Positions 7,437 through 15,527 are shown, numbered from the stretch's first letter. The stretch: 32,000 bases of DNA from Pirellula staleyi DSM 6068 (GCA_000025185.1 CP001848.1:1170001-1202000); one strand, 5' to 3'. Notes: generated by a model from the letters alone, not told the origin. Made by a program: numbers and translations.

Positions 7437-8804
7437 GTGACGAACGACAACTTGGAGAACGACAGCTTCGATGACGGAGCTGACGAAAACCAGCCGATCC
7501 TGCGGATCGATGGCTCGCACCGCCGTGGCAAACGGGGAGCCCCGAAGAGCGTCGAGGTGCCTCCTGCTGATGCCGTGCTGATCGTTTCGCCCGAGGAACT
7601 TCCGACCGAGGAGGTGTCGCAAGAGGTCCTGTCGTACATTGCCGGACGCGACCCAGCCGCTGTGCAGTCGCAGCTCGACGAGCAGGCGATTCAACTGGCC
7701 TCGCATATGGCCGCTCGGCTGAAAGAGCTCGATCGACGCGAGGCGACCCTCAACGCGCGGATTGCGCAGCTCGAAACCGAGGTGCGATTGTCGCGACTCG
7801 CCGATCGTGAGCGGGTGATGGCAACTGCCGAGCGCGAAAAAGAGATCGAGCAGCGCGAACAGATTCTGCATGATCTGGAACACGATTTCGCCCGCCGCGA
7901 TAGCGCCCTGCGCGAGCAAGAAGGAACGCACCAAGCGAGCGGAATCGATGCTTCGGCCCTGGCCCAGCGCGAAGATCAGCTCCGTGCTCGTCGCCAAGAC
8001 TTAGACCGCGCCGCTTCGAATTTTCACCATGCCCAGCTTTTGTGGGATCGCGAAAAAGCGACGCAGGAGCAAGCAGCCGCCGACAAACTGGCCGCAGAGC
8101 GGGCCGCTCTCGAACTCGAGTATGCCGCGCGTCACAAGCGACTCGACGAGGTGGAACTGCAGCTTCTCGCCCAAACCCAGCAAGTGGCCAGCGAACTGCG
8201 CTCGCTCAGCGACGAACGTGCCACCTGGAATGTCGAGCGCGAGCGGCAACTGCGTGCCATCGAAAAGCGATCGGCAGTCGCCGAGGAGCAGCTGGCGCGA
8301 AAAACCAAGGCCATCGCCACGCGCGAGACGATGCTCGACGAGCAGCAGCGGAGCCTGCTTACGCTGCAAGATCAACTCCACACGATGCACCGCGAAACGT
8401 TGGAAATGCGGCTGATTGCCGAGCAACTCTGGGCCCAAACGAGTGGTCGGCTCTCGACGCCGGAAGTGATGCAATCGATCGCCGCACTTCGGCTCAAACT
8501 GGCCGAGCATTATCAGATCGACCTGGCGCAAGTGGCCAAAGAGCGCGAAGAGCTTTCGCGCCTCGCCACGCGACTTGCCGAACAAGCGCGTGCCCTGGAT
8601 TCGCGTCATCAGGAGCTCAAAACCTGGCGCAGCCGCGAGCAGCAAGCGGTGGAGCACGACGCGCGACAACTCCTCGCGCAGCAAATCGAGCTCGAAGAGC
8701 AATCGAGTCGTCTCGCAGCCGAGCGTGCTACGTGGCAAGAGGAGCGCCGGCGACTACTCGCCGAGATCCGCGAACTCCGTAAAGCGGAACTGACGAGCGT
8801 ATAA
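7437..8804 (+). CDS. Long coiled-coil protein of unknown function, rich in E/R/Q/A/L
   Basis: The track ORF is 7179-8804. I favour the GTG at 7437, preceded by AGGAGG (7423-7428) at 8-nt spacing; the ATG at 7377 is an alternative. Heptad-like sequence runs for more than 350 aa. An internal repeat is present: ERATWNVERERQLRAIE and ERATWQEERRRLLAEIRE. Confidence 0.6.
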   Translation: MTNDNLENDSFDDGADENQPILRIDGSHRRGKRGAPKSVEVPPADAVLIVSPEELPTEEVSQEVLSYIAGRDPAAVQSQLDEQAIQLASHMAARLKELDRREATLNARIAQLETEVRLSRLADRERVMATAEREKEIEQREQILHDLEHDFARRDSALREQEGTHQASGIDASALAQREDQLRARRQDLDRAASNFHHAQLLWDREKATQEQAAADKLAAERAALELEYAARHKRLDEVELQLLAQTQQVASELRSLSDERATWNVERERQLRAIEKRSAVAEEQLARKTKAIATRETMLDEQQRSLLTLQDQLHTMHRETLEMRLIAEQLWAQTSGRLSTPEVMQSIAALRLKLAEHYQIDLAQVAKEREELSRLATRLAEQARALDSRHQELKTWRSREQQAVEHDARQLLAQQIELEEQSSRLAAERATWQEERRRLLAEIRELRKAELTSV

Positions 8805-8917
8805 GCGTGGCCTCTCGAAGCGACCGCTGCGCCGCACGACCGGATGTCGATCCGCTAAGATGCAAATAAGCCAGCAGCATCTTTCGGTCGCATCGTTCGC
8901 TTACTAAACGCCGCGCT

Positions 8918-9895
8918 ATGTCCTCTTCGTCCGACAATTCGCTCCCCCGCTTGCCGCGCCTCGGTCTCCCCAACTTGGGGCTGGGCGTTGGGCTGCGGAG
9001 CTCGCATTTTGGCTACCTACTGCGCGAGCAACCAGCAGTCGATTGGCTCGAGGTACTGAGCGAAAACTACCTCGATTCGCAAGGTCGCCCCCGCGCGGTG
9101 GTTCGCACACTAGCCGAGCACTATCCGCTGGTGCTGCATGGCGTTTCTCTCTCGATTGGCAGCACCGATCCGCTGAACTTTGGGTATCTCGAAAAGCTTC
9201 GCGCGCTGGCCGCCGAAACCGAGGCCCGCTGGGTGAGCGATCACTTGTGCTGGACCGGTGTGATGGGGCGCAATTCGCACGATCTGCTTCCCCTCCCCCT
9301 CACCGAAACTTGCCTCGCGCATGTCGCCGCGCGCGTCCATGCGGTGCAAGAGTTCTTGGGTAGGCCGATCGTTCTCGAAAACCCTAGCTCTTACATCACC
9401 TTCGCGCAATCCACGTTAGGTGAAGCAGAGTTCCTGGCTACCCTCTCCCAGCAAACGGGCTGTGGTCTATTATTAGATCTTAATAACGTCTTGGTCTCTT
9501 GCATCAATCATGGATGGGACCCCATTGAGTATTTAGATACCATTCCAGCCGATCGCGTTGTGCAGATGCATTTGGCGGGACATACTAAACTCGCCACGCA
9601 CTTATTAGATACCCACGATGGTCCGGTAATCGATCCCGTTTGGCAGCTCTTTGCCTATGCGACTCAAAAAACCGGAGCCGTTAGTACCCTACTGGAATGG
9701 GACGCTAAAATTCCAGAGTTTCCCGTCGTGCATGCGGAAGTGCTGCGGGCGAAATCGATGATCGAGCAGTACCTCAATCAGTCGGCGGATAGCATTCGCG
9801 CGAGTTGCCGTGAATATGCCAGTCGCGAGGCTTCTGAGCCTCAATCGCTGGCGATTCCACACCCTTCGACACTCGCTACCGCAGAAGTGGAGTAG
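8918..9895 (+). CDS. DUF692-family protein (MNIO: multinuclear non-heme iron oxidative enzyme; the MbnB/TglH/BufB/HvfB family)
   Basis: 325-aa ORF. Family-typical blocks are GLGVGLRSSHF, VDWLEVLSENY, LHGVSLSIGS, WVSDHLCW, VLENPSSY and LLLDLNNV..NHGWD. It also has the HLAGHT...DTHD metal-ligand regions of the TIM-barrel DUF692 fold. Confidence 0.85.
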   Translation: MSSSSDNSLPRLPRLGLPNLGLGVGLRSSHFGYLLREQPAVDWLEVLSENYLDSQGRPRAVVRTLAEHYPLVLHGVSLSIGSTDPLNFGYLEKLRALAAETEARWVSDHLCWTGVMGRNSHDLLPLPLTETCLAHVAARVHAVQEFLGRPIVLENPSSYITFAQSTLGEAEFLATLSQQTGCGLLLDLNNVLVSCINHGWDPIEYLDTIPADRVVQMHLAGHTKLATHLLDTHDGPVIDPVWQLFAYATQKTGAVSTLLEWDAKIPEFPVVHAEVLRAKSMIEQYLNQSADSIRASCREYASREASEPQSLAIPHPSTLATAEVE

Positions 9896-9898
9896 GCT

Positions 9899-10795
9899 GT
9901 GAATCGTCGCGAATTACCGCTGGAAACCTTACAGCAATGGATGCTCACGGCTATTGCGCACCCAGGTGGAATCCGCGCGGGTCTTGATGCTGCGCAGCGC
10001 GCGACGGGCATTCATGCCGAACATCTAAGCTCCTTGATTTCGCCCAGCCAGTGGCAATCTTCCGCCGAGCGACTGGCGGTTTATAACGACGCCTATTTTG
10101 CGCGTCTTTTGGCTTGTATGGTCGAGCTCTTTCCCGCCACAGCCGAGCTTTTAGGTCTCGAAGCCTTTCAAGCCCTTGCAGCGCGCTATTTAGTCACCCA
10201 TCCACCTACCAGTTATTCATTGCATCATCTGCCCGATACCTTTGAAGCCCACTTACAATCGCGCTTGCCCGACGATGATCCGCTCGCGATCTGCGTGCTC
10301 GATATGCTGCGGCTGGAGCGCGCCATCGACCGGGTGTTTGATGGTCCGGGTCTGGAAGAGCAAACGCTCGTGCCGCTGCACGAAAAACTTGCCTCGGTGC
10401 AGCTCGATGAGCTGCTGGCCAGCCGACTCGTGCTCCATCCGAGCTTACAGATTCTCGAGCTGCGCTCGGCGGTGAGTCACTTTTACACCCAGTTTCGCAA
10501 GCAACAGCGTCGCGAGCTGCCTGCGATCTTCAACGCGCCGGAATCGCTCGCCCTGATTCGCCGCCACTACATTGTGCAGCGGGTTCCCCTCTCTCCAGCC
10601 GAGCATCTGCTGATTCGCGCGGCACAGCAGCATCCGCTGGTGAGCGAACTACTCGAGCATCTAGGGGAACTGGCCGAGTCGCAGCAGCGCGACCACAAGC
10701 TGGCCGAGACGGCCCTCGCCGAGCTCCGCCCGATCATGGCGCGGCTGGCTGAAACGGGCGTTTTTTGCGATCTTCACTTCCAGCAGCGCGATTAA
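9899..10795 (+). CDS. DUF2063-domain protein (HvfC/BufC-like partner of DUF692 enzymes)
   Basis: The GTG start lies 3 nt after the DUF692 stop, which implies translational coupling. The N-terminal segment LQQWMLTAIAHP...AERLAVYNDAYFARLLACMVELFPATAELLG..FQALAARYLVTHPPTSYSL matches my memory of the DUF2063 signature (..YRN.....L...L...FP....LLG...F..LA..Y....P). Confidence 0.75.
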   Translation: MNRRELPLETLQQWMLTAIAHPGGIRAGLDAAQRATGIHAEHLSSLISPSQWQSSAERLAVYNDAYFARLLACMVELFPATAELLGLEAFQALAARYLVTHPPTSYSLHHLPDTFEAHLQSRLPDDDPLAICVLDMLRLERAIDRVFDGPGLEEQTLVPLHEKLASVQLDELLASRLVLHPSLQILELRSAVSHFYTQFRKQQRRELPAIFNAPESLALIRRHYIVQRVPLSPAEHLLIRAAQQHPLVSELLEHLGELAESQQRDHKLAETALAELRPIMARLAETGVFCDLHFQQRD

Positions 10796-10954
10796 TGACC
10801 TTCGATCCATCGAAAATCTCGATAGTAAGCATCGAAAGATTTTCAGTAATCGCCGCCTCTTGCGCGCTGATAATAGCTAGGCCTTAGCGCTACCCGTGCG
10901 CACTTGCGTCGCCGCAAGCTCTGCTGAGCATCGACACCCCCGAAGGATGGATTG

Positions 10955-11686
10955 ATGACGAAAAAGAGTTCCGCTCCGAAGAGTCCCACCAAGAATCCAC
11001 CCCAAAAGCAAGTTCTGCTGCTGTCGTGCATGGACCTGCGACTCGCCGACGACACTGCCCGCTTTATGGACGCCTATAATCTTCAAAACCGCTACGACCA
11101 TCTAACTTTCGCTGGCGCAGCAATGGGAGCGCTTCATCTGGGCACACCAATCGAGCAGTCCAATCGATCCATGGTCACTTTGCCTTGGAAGAAGGTCTTC
11201 TTCCACCATTTTCAAGTGGCCATTGAAGTTTTAAGGCGAGAAATCAAAGATGTATTTCTAGTCGAGCATTTTGACTGTGGCGCCTATAAGAACTTGCATC
11301 CCAGTGCAGACGTTCGCCGTGAGTACGAGCGCCTGAGTCGGATGGATATGAAGCTGCTAGAACCCATCCATGCCGAAGAGGCCGCCGCATTCGCCGACGA
11401 AATAAAAGAGTTCTGTGATGAACGCCAAGCTTTTCATGGTACAGTGTTAGTCGCTATTCAAACCCTAATCACGGTGGGAAGCAACGCTCCCAGCGAAGTA
11501 AAGAAGTTGTTTCGCCAAGTGTTTGAGCCAGAATCGACATGCCCGATCGAAAAATGGAAGGTTCCGGCAGCTGAGTTGCTATACCGAAAACTCATTGAGA
11601 CCGAGCTGAAGGTTGCTGCATGGAAAGATATTGGCGTGCGAGCTTATGTTCTCGATCTTAAGGGTAATCCTATCGATCTGTTTTAA
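10955..11686 (+). CDS. Beta-carbonic-anhydrase-like (Cys-Asp-Arg ... His-x-x-Cys) metalloprotein, divergent, with an extra C-terminal half
   Basis: The ATG at 10955 is preceded by GAAGGA (10942-10947). The motifs VLLLSCMDLRL (C-x-D-x-R) and VFLVEHFDCGAY (H-x-x-C-G) reproduce the beta-CA zinc-ligand pattern. However, the Cys-to-His spacing is longer (80 aa) and about 130 aa follow that I cannot assign. The gene is lower in GC, about 47% in the one 60-nt line I counted. Confidence 0.5.
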   Translation: MTKKSSAPKSPTKNPPQKQVLLLSCMDLRLADDTARFMDAYNLQNRYDHLTFAGAAMGALHLGTPIEQSNRSMVTLPWKKVFFHHFQVAIEVLRREIKDVFLVEHFDCGAYKNLHPSADVRREYERLSRMDMKLLEPIHAEEAAAFADEIKEFCDERQAFHGTVLVAIQTLITVGSNAPSEVKKLFRQVFEPESTCPIEKWKVPAAELLYRKLIETELKVAAWKDIGVRAYVLDLKGNPIDLF

Positions 11687-11902
11687 TAGTGAAATACATT
11701 CGCAGGCTATCGGTCTGTCGTTTTATCATGCTGCTCGGGAGTATAGGTTTCTCGAGCCGAAGATTTCGCGAGGCCCAGGCAATCCATGCCGATGAAGCCG
11801 CTAAGCGAAGATAAGCTTTGTATTATTGTGCTCAAACGGTGTTTTAGTAGTGGATAGTTACTTAGTGATCTCAGAACTCTTCGCACCAAAAAGGAGATTC
11901 TA

Positions 11903-12200
11903 GTGATTGCTTTCGATGTGTCGGTGAATGGTCGTGTGATTCAGACCGTTGGTGCAGGTGAAAAGGGCATGATCAGAACCGAACTGATGTGGGCTTGTTT
12001 CACCAGACACATCGGGAGGCGATTGGAGTTAATTGCAACTCTCTTCTCGTGGGATGAATGGGGAAGGGTCGGCGCACTTGTCATGGGACACGTGGCATTG
12101 CAGACCTGGCGATGAAGTGACGATTCGAATTGTTGAGCGCGATGCGGTTGATCCCCCAGACGAAACTACGCCGGCGAAACCTCGACCAGGGGGCGGATGA
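11903..12200 (+). pseudogene. Small conserved-looking gene apparently broken by a 1-nt frameshift near 12028-12035
   Basis: The GTG at 11903 has a strong SD (AAGGAG, 11891-11896). Frame A reads MIAFDVSVNGRVIQTVGAGEKGMIRTELMWA...RRLEL and then degenerates to a stop at 12113-12115. The +1 frame, open from 12033, reads LQLSSRGMNGEGSAHLSWDTWHCRPGDEVTIRIVERDAVDPPDETTPAKPRPGGG and stops at 12198-12200; this looks like a genuine C-terminus. Confidence 0.3.
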
Positions 12201-12498
12201 AGTGCCTTCGGTGGTTGCTGCAGTTGTCCTAACCCCTTACGGGGCGCTGGGTTGACGACTTTTAGGGTGGCCGCTAGATTATGGGATTCCTCAGGGCTAT
12301 TCGTGCGCGTTTCCAGGCCGAATATGCCGTGGGTGATCAGCCGAGCGGCTGATCGTAAACTGTTATCTGGAAACCATTTATCCCGCTCCAAGCGAAGGCT
12401 CTTAAGACCTGTGACGTAAACGGCTCGAGACACTTGCCCCTGGGCAAATGGCTCCGCCAGTCATGGCTACTAGGGTGTGGGAAAGAAAGAGGACACTC

Positions 12499-13269
12499 GT
12501 GTCGGCAGATACGCTCGTTGCAGAATTGGTGGAAGCTGGCGTTCACTTCGGTCACCGCGCAAGCCGCTGGAATCCGAAGATGGCCCCTTACATCTATGCC
12601 CGTAAGAACGGCATTCACATCGTTGATATCCGCGAAACCGTTCGCGGTTTGCTCCGTGCCAAGAAGTACCTGGCGCAAGTCGCTGCCCAAGGCAGCTTGA
12701 TCCTGTTCGTCGGCACCAAAAAGCAAGCGGGGCCCGCGATCGAACGCGAAGCACTCCGCTGCCACATGCCATTCGTTGCTGAACGTTGGCTCGGTGGCAC
12801 GCTCACCAACTTCCGCACGATTCGCAGCCGACTCGGTCGTCTCGAAGAAGTCGAGAAGGTGCGTGGCGGTGAAGAGCTCGCCACCTACAGCAAGAAGGCC
12901 CAATCGGCCCTCGCTCGCGAATATCGCAAGATGTATCGCAACCTCAACGGTATTCGCACGCTGAACCGCTTGCCAGAATGCCTGGTGATCTTCGATCCGA
13001 ACAAAGAAAAGAACGCGATCAAGGAAGCCCGCTCGCTCGGCATCAAGACCGTGGCTCTGATCGATACCGACTGCGATCCTGACACCGTTGACCTGCCAAT
13101 TCCAGGTAACGACGACGGTATCCGCTCGGTGGAACTGATCGCTCGCCACTTGGCTGAAGCGATCCTGGTGGGTGCTCAGTCGGCCGCTTCCCGCAAGGGT
13201 GACAAGGGCGATCGTCCAGCTCCAGCTGCCCCAGCTCCCGACAAGGATGCCGACGGCGCTTCGGCCTAA
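12499..13269 (+). CDS. rpsB: 30S ribosomal protein S2
   Basis: The sequence [35 protein letters not shown]...LFVGTKKQA...[11 protein letters not shown]...[15 protein letters not shown] is unmistakably S2. I prefer the GTG at 12499, after AAAGAGGA, to the track ATG at 12448. Confidence 0.93.
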   Translation: MSADTLVAELVEAGVHFGHRASRWNPKMAPYIYARKNGIHIVDIRETVRGLLRAKKYLAQVAAQGSLILFVGTKKQAGPAIEREALRCHMPFVAERWLGGTLTNFRTIRSRLGRLEEVEKVRGGEELATYSKKAQSALAREYRKMYRNLNGIRTLNRLPECLVIFDPNKEKNAIKEARSLGIKTVALIDTDCDPDTVDLPIPGNDDGIRSVELIARHLAEAILVGAQSAASRKGDKGDRPAPAAPAPDKDADGASA

Positions 13270-13350
13270 GTGATTTCGCGGCCATTCGGGCCTCGGTTTC
13301 ACCCGGCTACCAGCGTTTGCGGATTCCCCGCTCCACGAACATTGCTACGT

Positions 13351-13382
13351 GGCTCCACTTTTTGCTTCGGCGAAGTGGAGCC
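13351..13382 (+). other. Strong hairpin in the rpsB-tsf spacer; possible attenuator or processing site
   Basis: Perfect 10-bp stem GGCTCCACTT / AAGTGGAGCC with a 12-nt loop (tttgcttcggcg). No T-tract follows. Confidence 0.35.
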
Positions 13383-13718
13383 CTGCGAGCAACCAATCGA
13401 GAGTGGCGAGGCTCGCACACAGCTCCTTGCAGCGGTTGGCCCTCTTGGCTTAAGTCGCTCGGCAAAGGCCCATGAACTTCAAAGTTCACTGGCTTGTCGA
13501 TGCTTAAGTAGGAGTCAGCCGATCTCCTTCATGAATTTTTGCGGCGCAGGTTCCTTTCGCAGGTCGCGCCGCGTCGAAGTGCTCGCCAAAATCGCTAAAA
13601 TGCGGTCGCGACGAGCTTCTTCCCCCACAACATCCACTTGCTACTGCGAAGTTCCAGCGCCACTTGGCGACCACTTCCAGAGCCCACGCAATACACCACA
13701 TTTCAGGAGAAATTAGAG

Positions 13719-14552
13719 ATGGCCGAGATTACAGCCGCCCTCGTGCGTGCCCTGCGCGACGAGACCGGACTTCCGATGATGGATTGCAAGAAAGCCCTTA
13801 GCGAATCGGGTGGCGACGTTGCCGCTGCGAAGGAATGGCTCCGCAAGAACGGCGTGGCGATTCTGATCAAGCGTTCGGATCGCGAAACCGGCTTTGGTCG
13901 TTTCGGCATCTACTGCGGCGTGGCCAACACCACCGGCGCGATCGTCGAACTGAAGTGCGAAAGCGCCCCAGTCGCTGGCAGCGAAGAGTTCATCACTCTG
14001 GCCAACGACCTGGCCAAGCAACTCGCTACCGGTCCTGGTGCAAAGACCGCCGACGAACTCCTCGATCAGCCTTCGCCAAGCCAACCTGGCAAGACCCTTC
14101 GCGAAGTCAAAGACGAGATGTTCAACCGCATCCGCGAAGTCTTCAACGTGGGTCGCATGGCTCGCTTCGATGGCCCTTGCGGTGGCTATAGCCATAACAG
14201 CGGTACCGTTTCGGGCGTACTGCTCGAAGTGGAAGGTGGCAACGACGTGGCTGCCAAAGACGTCTGCATGCACACTGCTGCGATGCGTCCGATTTCGCTC
14301 GTGAAGGAAGAAATCGACCCCGCTATCGTCGAGAAGGAACGGGAAATCCTGAAGGCTGCTGCCCTGAACGAAGGGAAGCCTGCCAACATTGTCGACAAGA
14401 TGGTGGAAGGTCGCCTGAAGAACTTCTACGCCGAGAAGTGCCTCGCCGAACAGCCGTTCGTCAAGGAAAACAGCATCTCGGTCGCCAAGTACGCCGAACA
14501 GAACAACATGAAGCTGAAGCGCTTCGTGCTGTGGGAACTCGGCAAGGAATAA
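13719..14552 (+). CDS. tsf: Translation elongation factor Ts
   Basis: The ATG at 13719 follows AGGAGA. The N-terminus MAEITAALVRALRDETGLPMMDCKKALSESGGDVAAAKEWLRKNG is the canonical EF-Ts UBA-like domain. The track ORF (from 13638) is over-extended. Confidence 0.95.
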   Translation: MAEITAALVRALRDETGLPMMDCKKALSESGGDVAAAKEWLRKNGVAILIKRSDRETGFGRFGIYCGVANTTGAIVELKCESAPVAGSEEFITLANDLAKQLATGPGAKTADELLDQPSPSQPGKTLREVKDEMFNRIREVFNVGRMARFDGPCGGYSHNSGTVSGVLLEVEGGNDVAAKDVCMHTAAMRPISLVKEEIDPAIVEKEREILKAAALNEGKPANIVDKMVEGRLKNFYAEKCLAEQPFVKENSISVAKYAEQNNMKLKRFVLWELGKE

Positions 14553-14601
14553 GCCCGCCAGGTCTGTCCCCTTGGGACCGCCTGATAATCACGCTACGCT
14601 T

Positions 14602-14647
14602 AAGCCCACGGCTCTGGCACCCTGCCTCAGCCGTGGGCTTTTTCTTT
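14602..14647 (+). terminator. Rho-independent terminator after tsf
   Basis: Perfect 12-bp stem AAGCCCACGGCT (14602-14613) / AGCCGTGGGCTT (14629-14640) with a 15-nt loop, running into TTTTTCTTT. Confidence 0.8.
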
Positions 14648-14690
14648 GACTTCTGTTTCGGGCGATGGCAACCTTCGAAGGAATTTCGCG

Positions 14691-15458
14691 ATGACGTCGG
14701 CTGCAGAGCAAACGACTCGTCCCACGTTCAAACGCGTGGTACTCAAACTCTCCGGCGAAAGCCTCAGTCACGCAGGCGAGCGTGGCATCGGCATGGAAGA
14801 AGTCGTTCACATCGCCTCGCAAATTCAGCAAGCGCAGCAACTCGGCTGTCAGATCGCGGTGGTGGTTGGCGGGGGGAATATCCTCCGGGGAGCCCAGTTC
14901 AAAGGGACGAGCGCCAGCATCCAGGAAGCGACCGCCCACTACATGGGGATGCTCGCCACGGTTATCAACGCCCTGGCACTGCAAGACGCCCTGGAATCGC
15001 TCAACTGCGCCACGCGGGTGATGTCGGCGATTCGGATGGACGGGGTCGCGGAACCTTACATCCGCCGTCGTGCCCATCGTCACCTCGAAAAGGGACGCAC
15101 CATCATTCTGGCTGCTGGAACTGGCAGCCCGTTTGTCACCACCGACACCGCTGCTGCTCAGCGTGCTTTGGAACTCGAAGCCGACATCCTGATGAAGGCG
15201 ACCCGGGTCGATGGGGTTTATAGCGACGACCCCGAGCGCAACCCGCATGCGGTGCTCTATAGCGAACTCGATTACAAGACGGTTCGCGAACGGAACTTGC
15301 GCGTGATGGATAGCACCGCCATTGCCCAGTGCATGGAACACAACATGCCGATCCTGGTGTTCAACTTCCGCAAGGATGGGAACATTCAGCGTGCGGTTCG
15401 GGGCGAAAAAGTGGGTACCCGCATCACCAGCAAACCGGTCCCCCCCACCACGGCGTAA
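14691..15458 (+). CDS. pyrH: UMP kinase
   Basis: ATG at 14691. The sequence [13 protein letters not shown]...[10 protein letters not shown]...[14 protein letters not shown]...[23 protein letters not shown]...[13 protein letters not shown] is canonical PyrH. Confidence 0.95.
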   Translation: MTSAAEQTTRPTFKRVVLKLSGESLSHAGERGIGMEEVVHIASQIQQAQQLGCQIAVVVGGGNILRGAQFKGTSASIQEATAHYMGMLATVINALALQDALESLNCATRVMSAIRMDGVAEPYIRRRAHRHLEKGRTIILAAGTGSPFVTTDTAAAQRALELEADILMKATRVDGVYSDDPERNPHAVLYSELDYKTVRERNLRVMDSTAIAQCMEHNMPILVFNFRKDGNIQRAVRGEKVGTRITSKPVPPTTA

Positions 15459-15527
15459 GCCGGGTGCTCTGGAGGCTGTGATCAAACATCCCTAGCAGTC
15501 CGTCTATCGATCCATACCAGGTCTTGG

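Noticed and set aside
7287-8782. ORFs 7287-7997 (-), 8001-8738 (-), 8042-8782 (+) and 8029-8415 (+) overlapping the coiled-coil gene
   Set aside because: Low-complexity GC-rich coding sequence stays open in several frames. Only the 7179/7437-8804 frame gives a coherent heptad-repeat protein.
12337-13302. 321-aa ORF on the minus strand
   Set aside because: It lies entirely antisense to the unmistakable rpsB gene. Its composition is odd (Arg/Gly/Ala-rich with no motifs). This is a typical shadow ORF of a GC-rich coding region.
13270-13716. 148-aa plus-strand ORF filling the rpsB-tsf spacer
   Set aside because: It is Cys/Arg/Ser-rich with an implausible composition. It has no SD and no motif, and it overlaps strong RNA hairpins. 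I treat the region as non-coding spacer.
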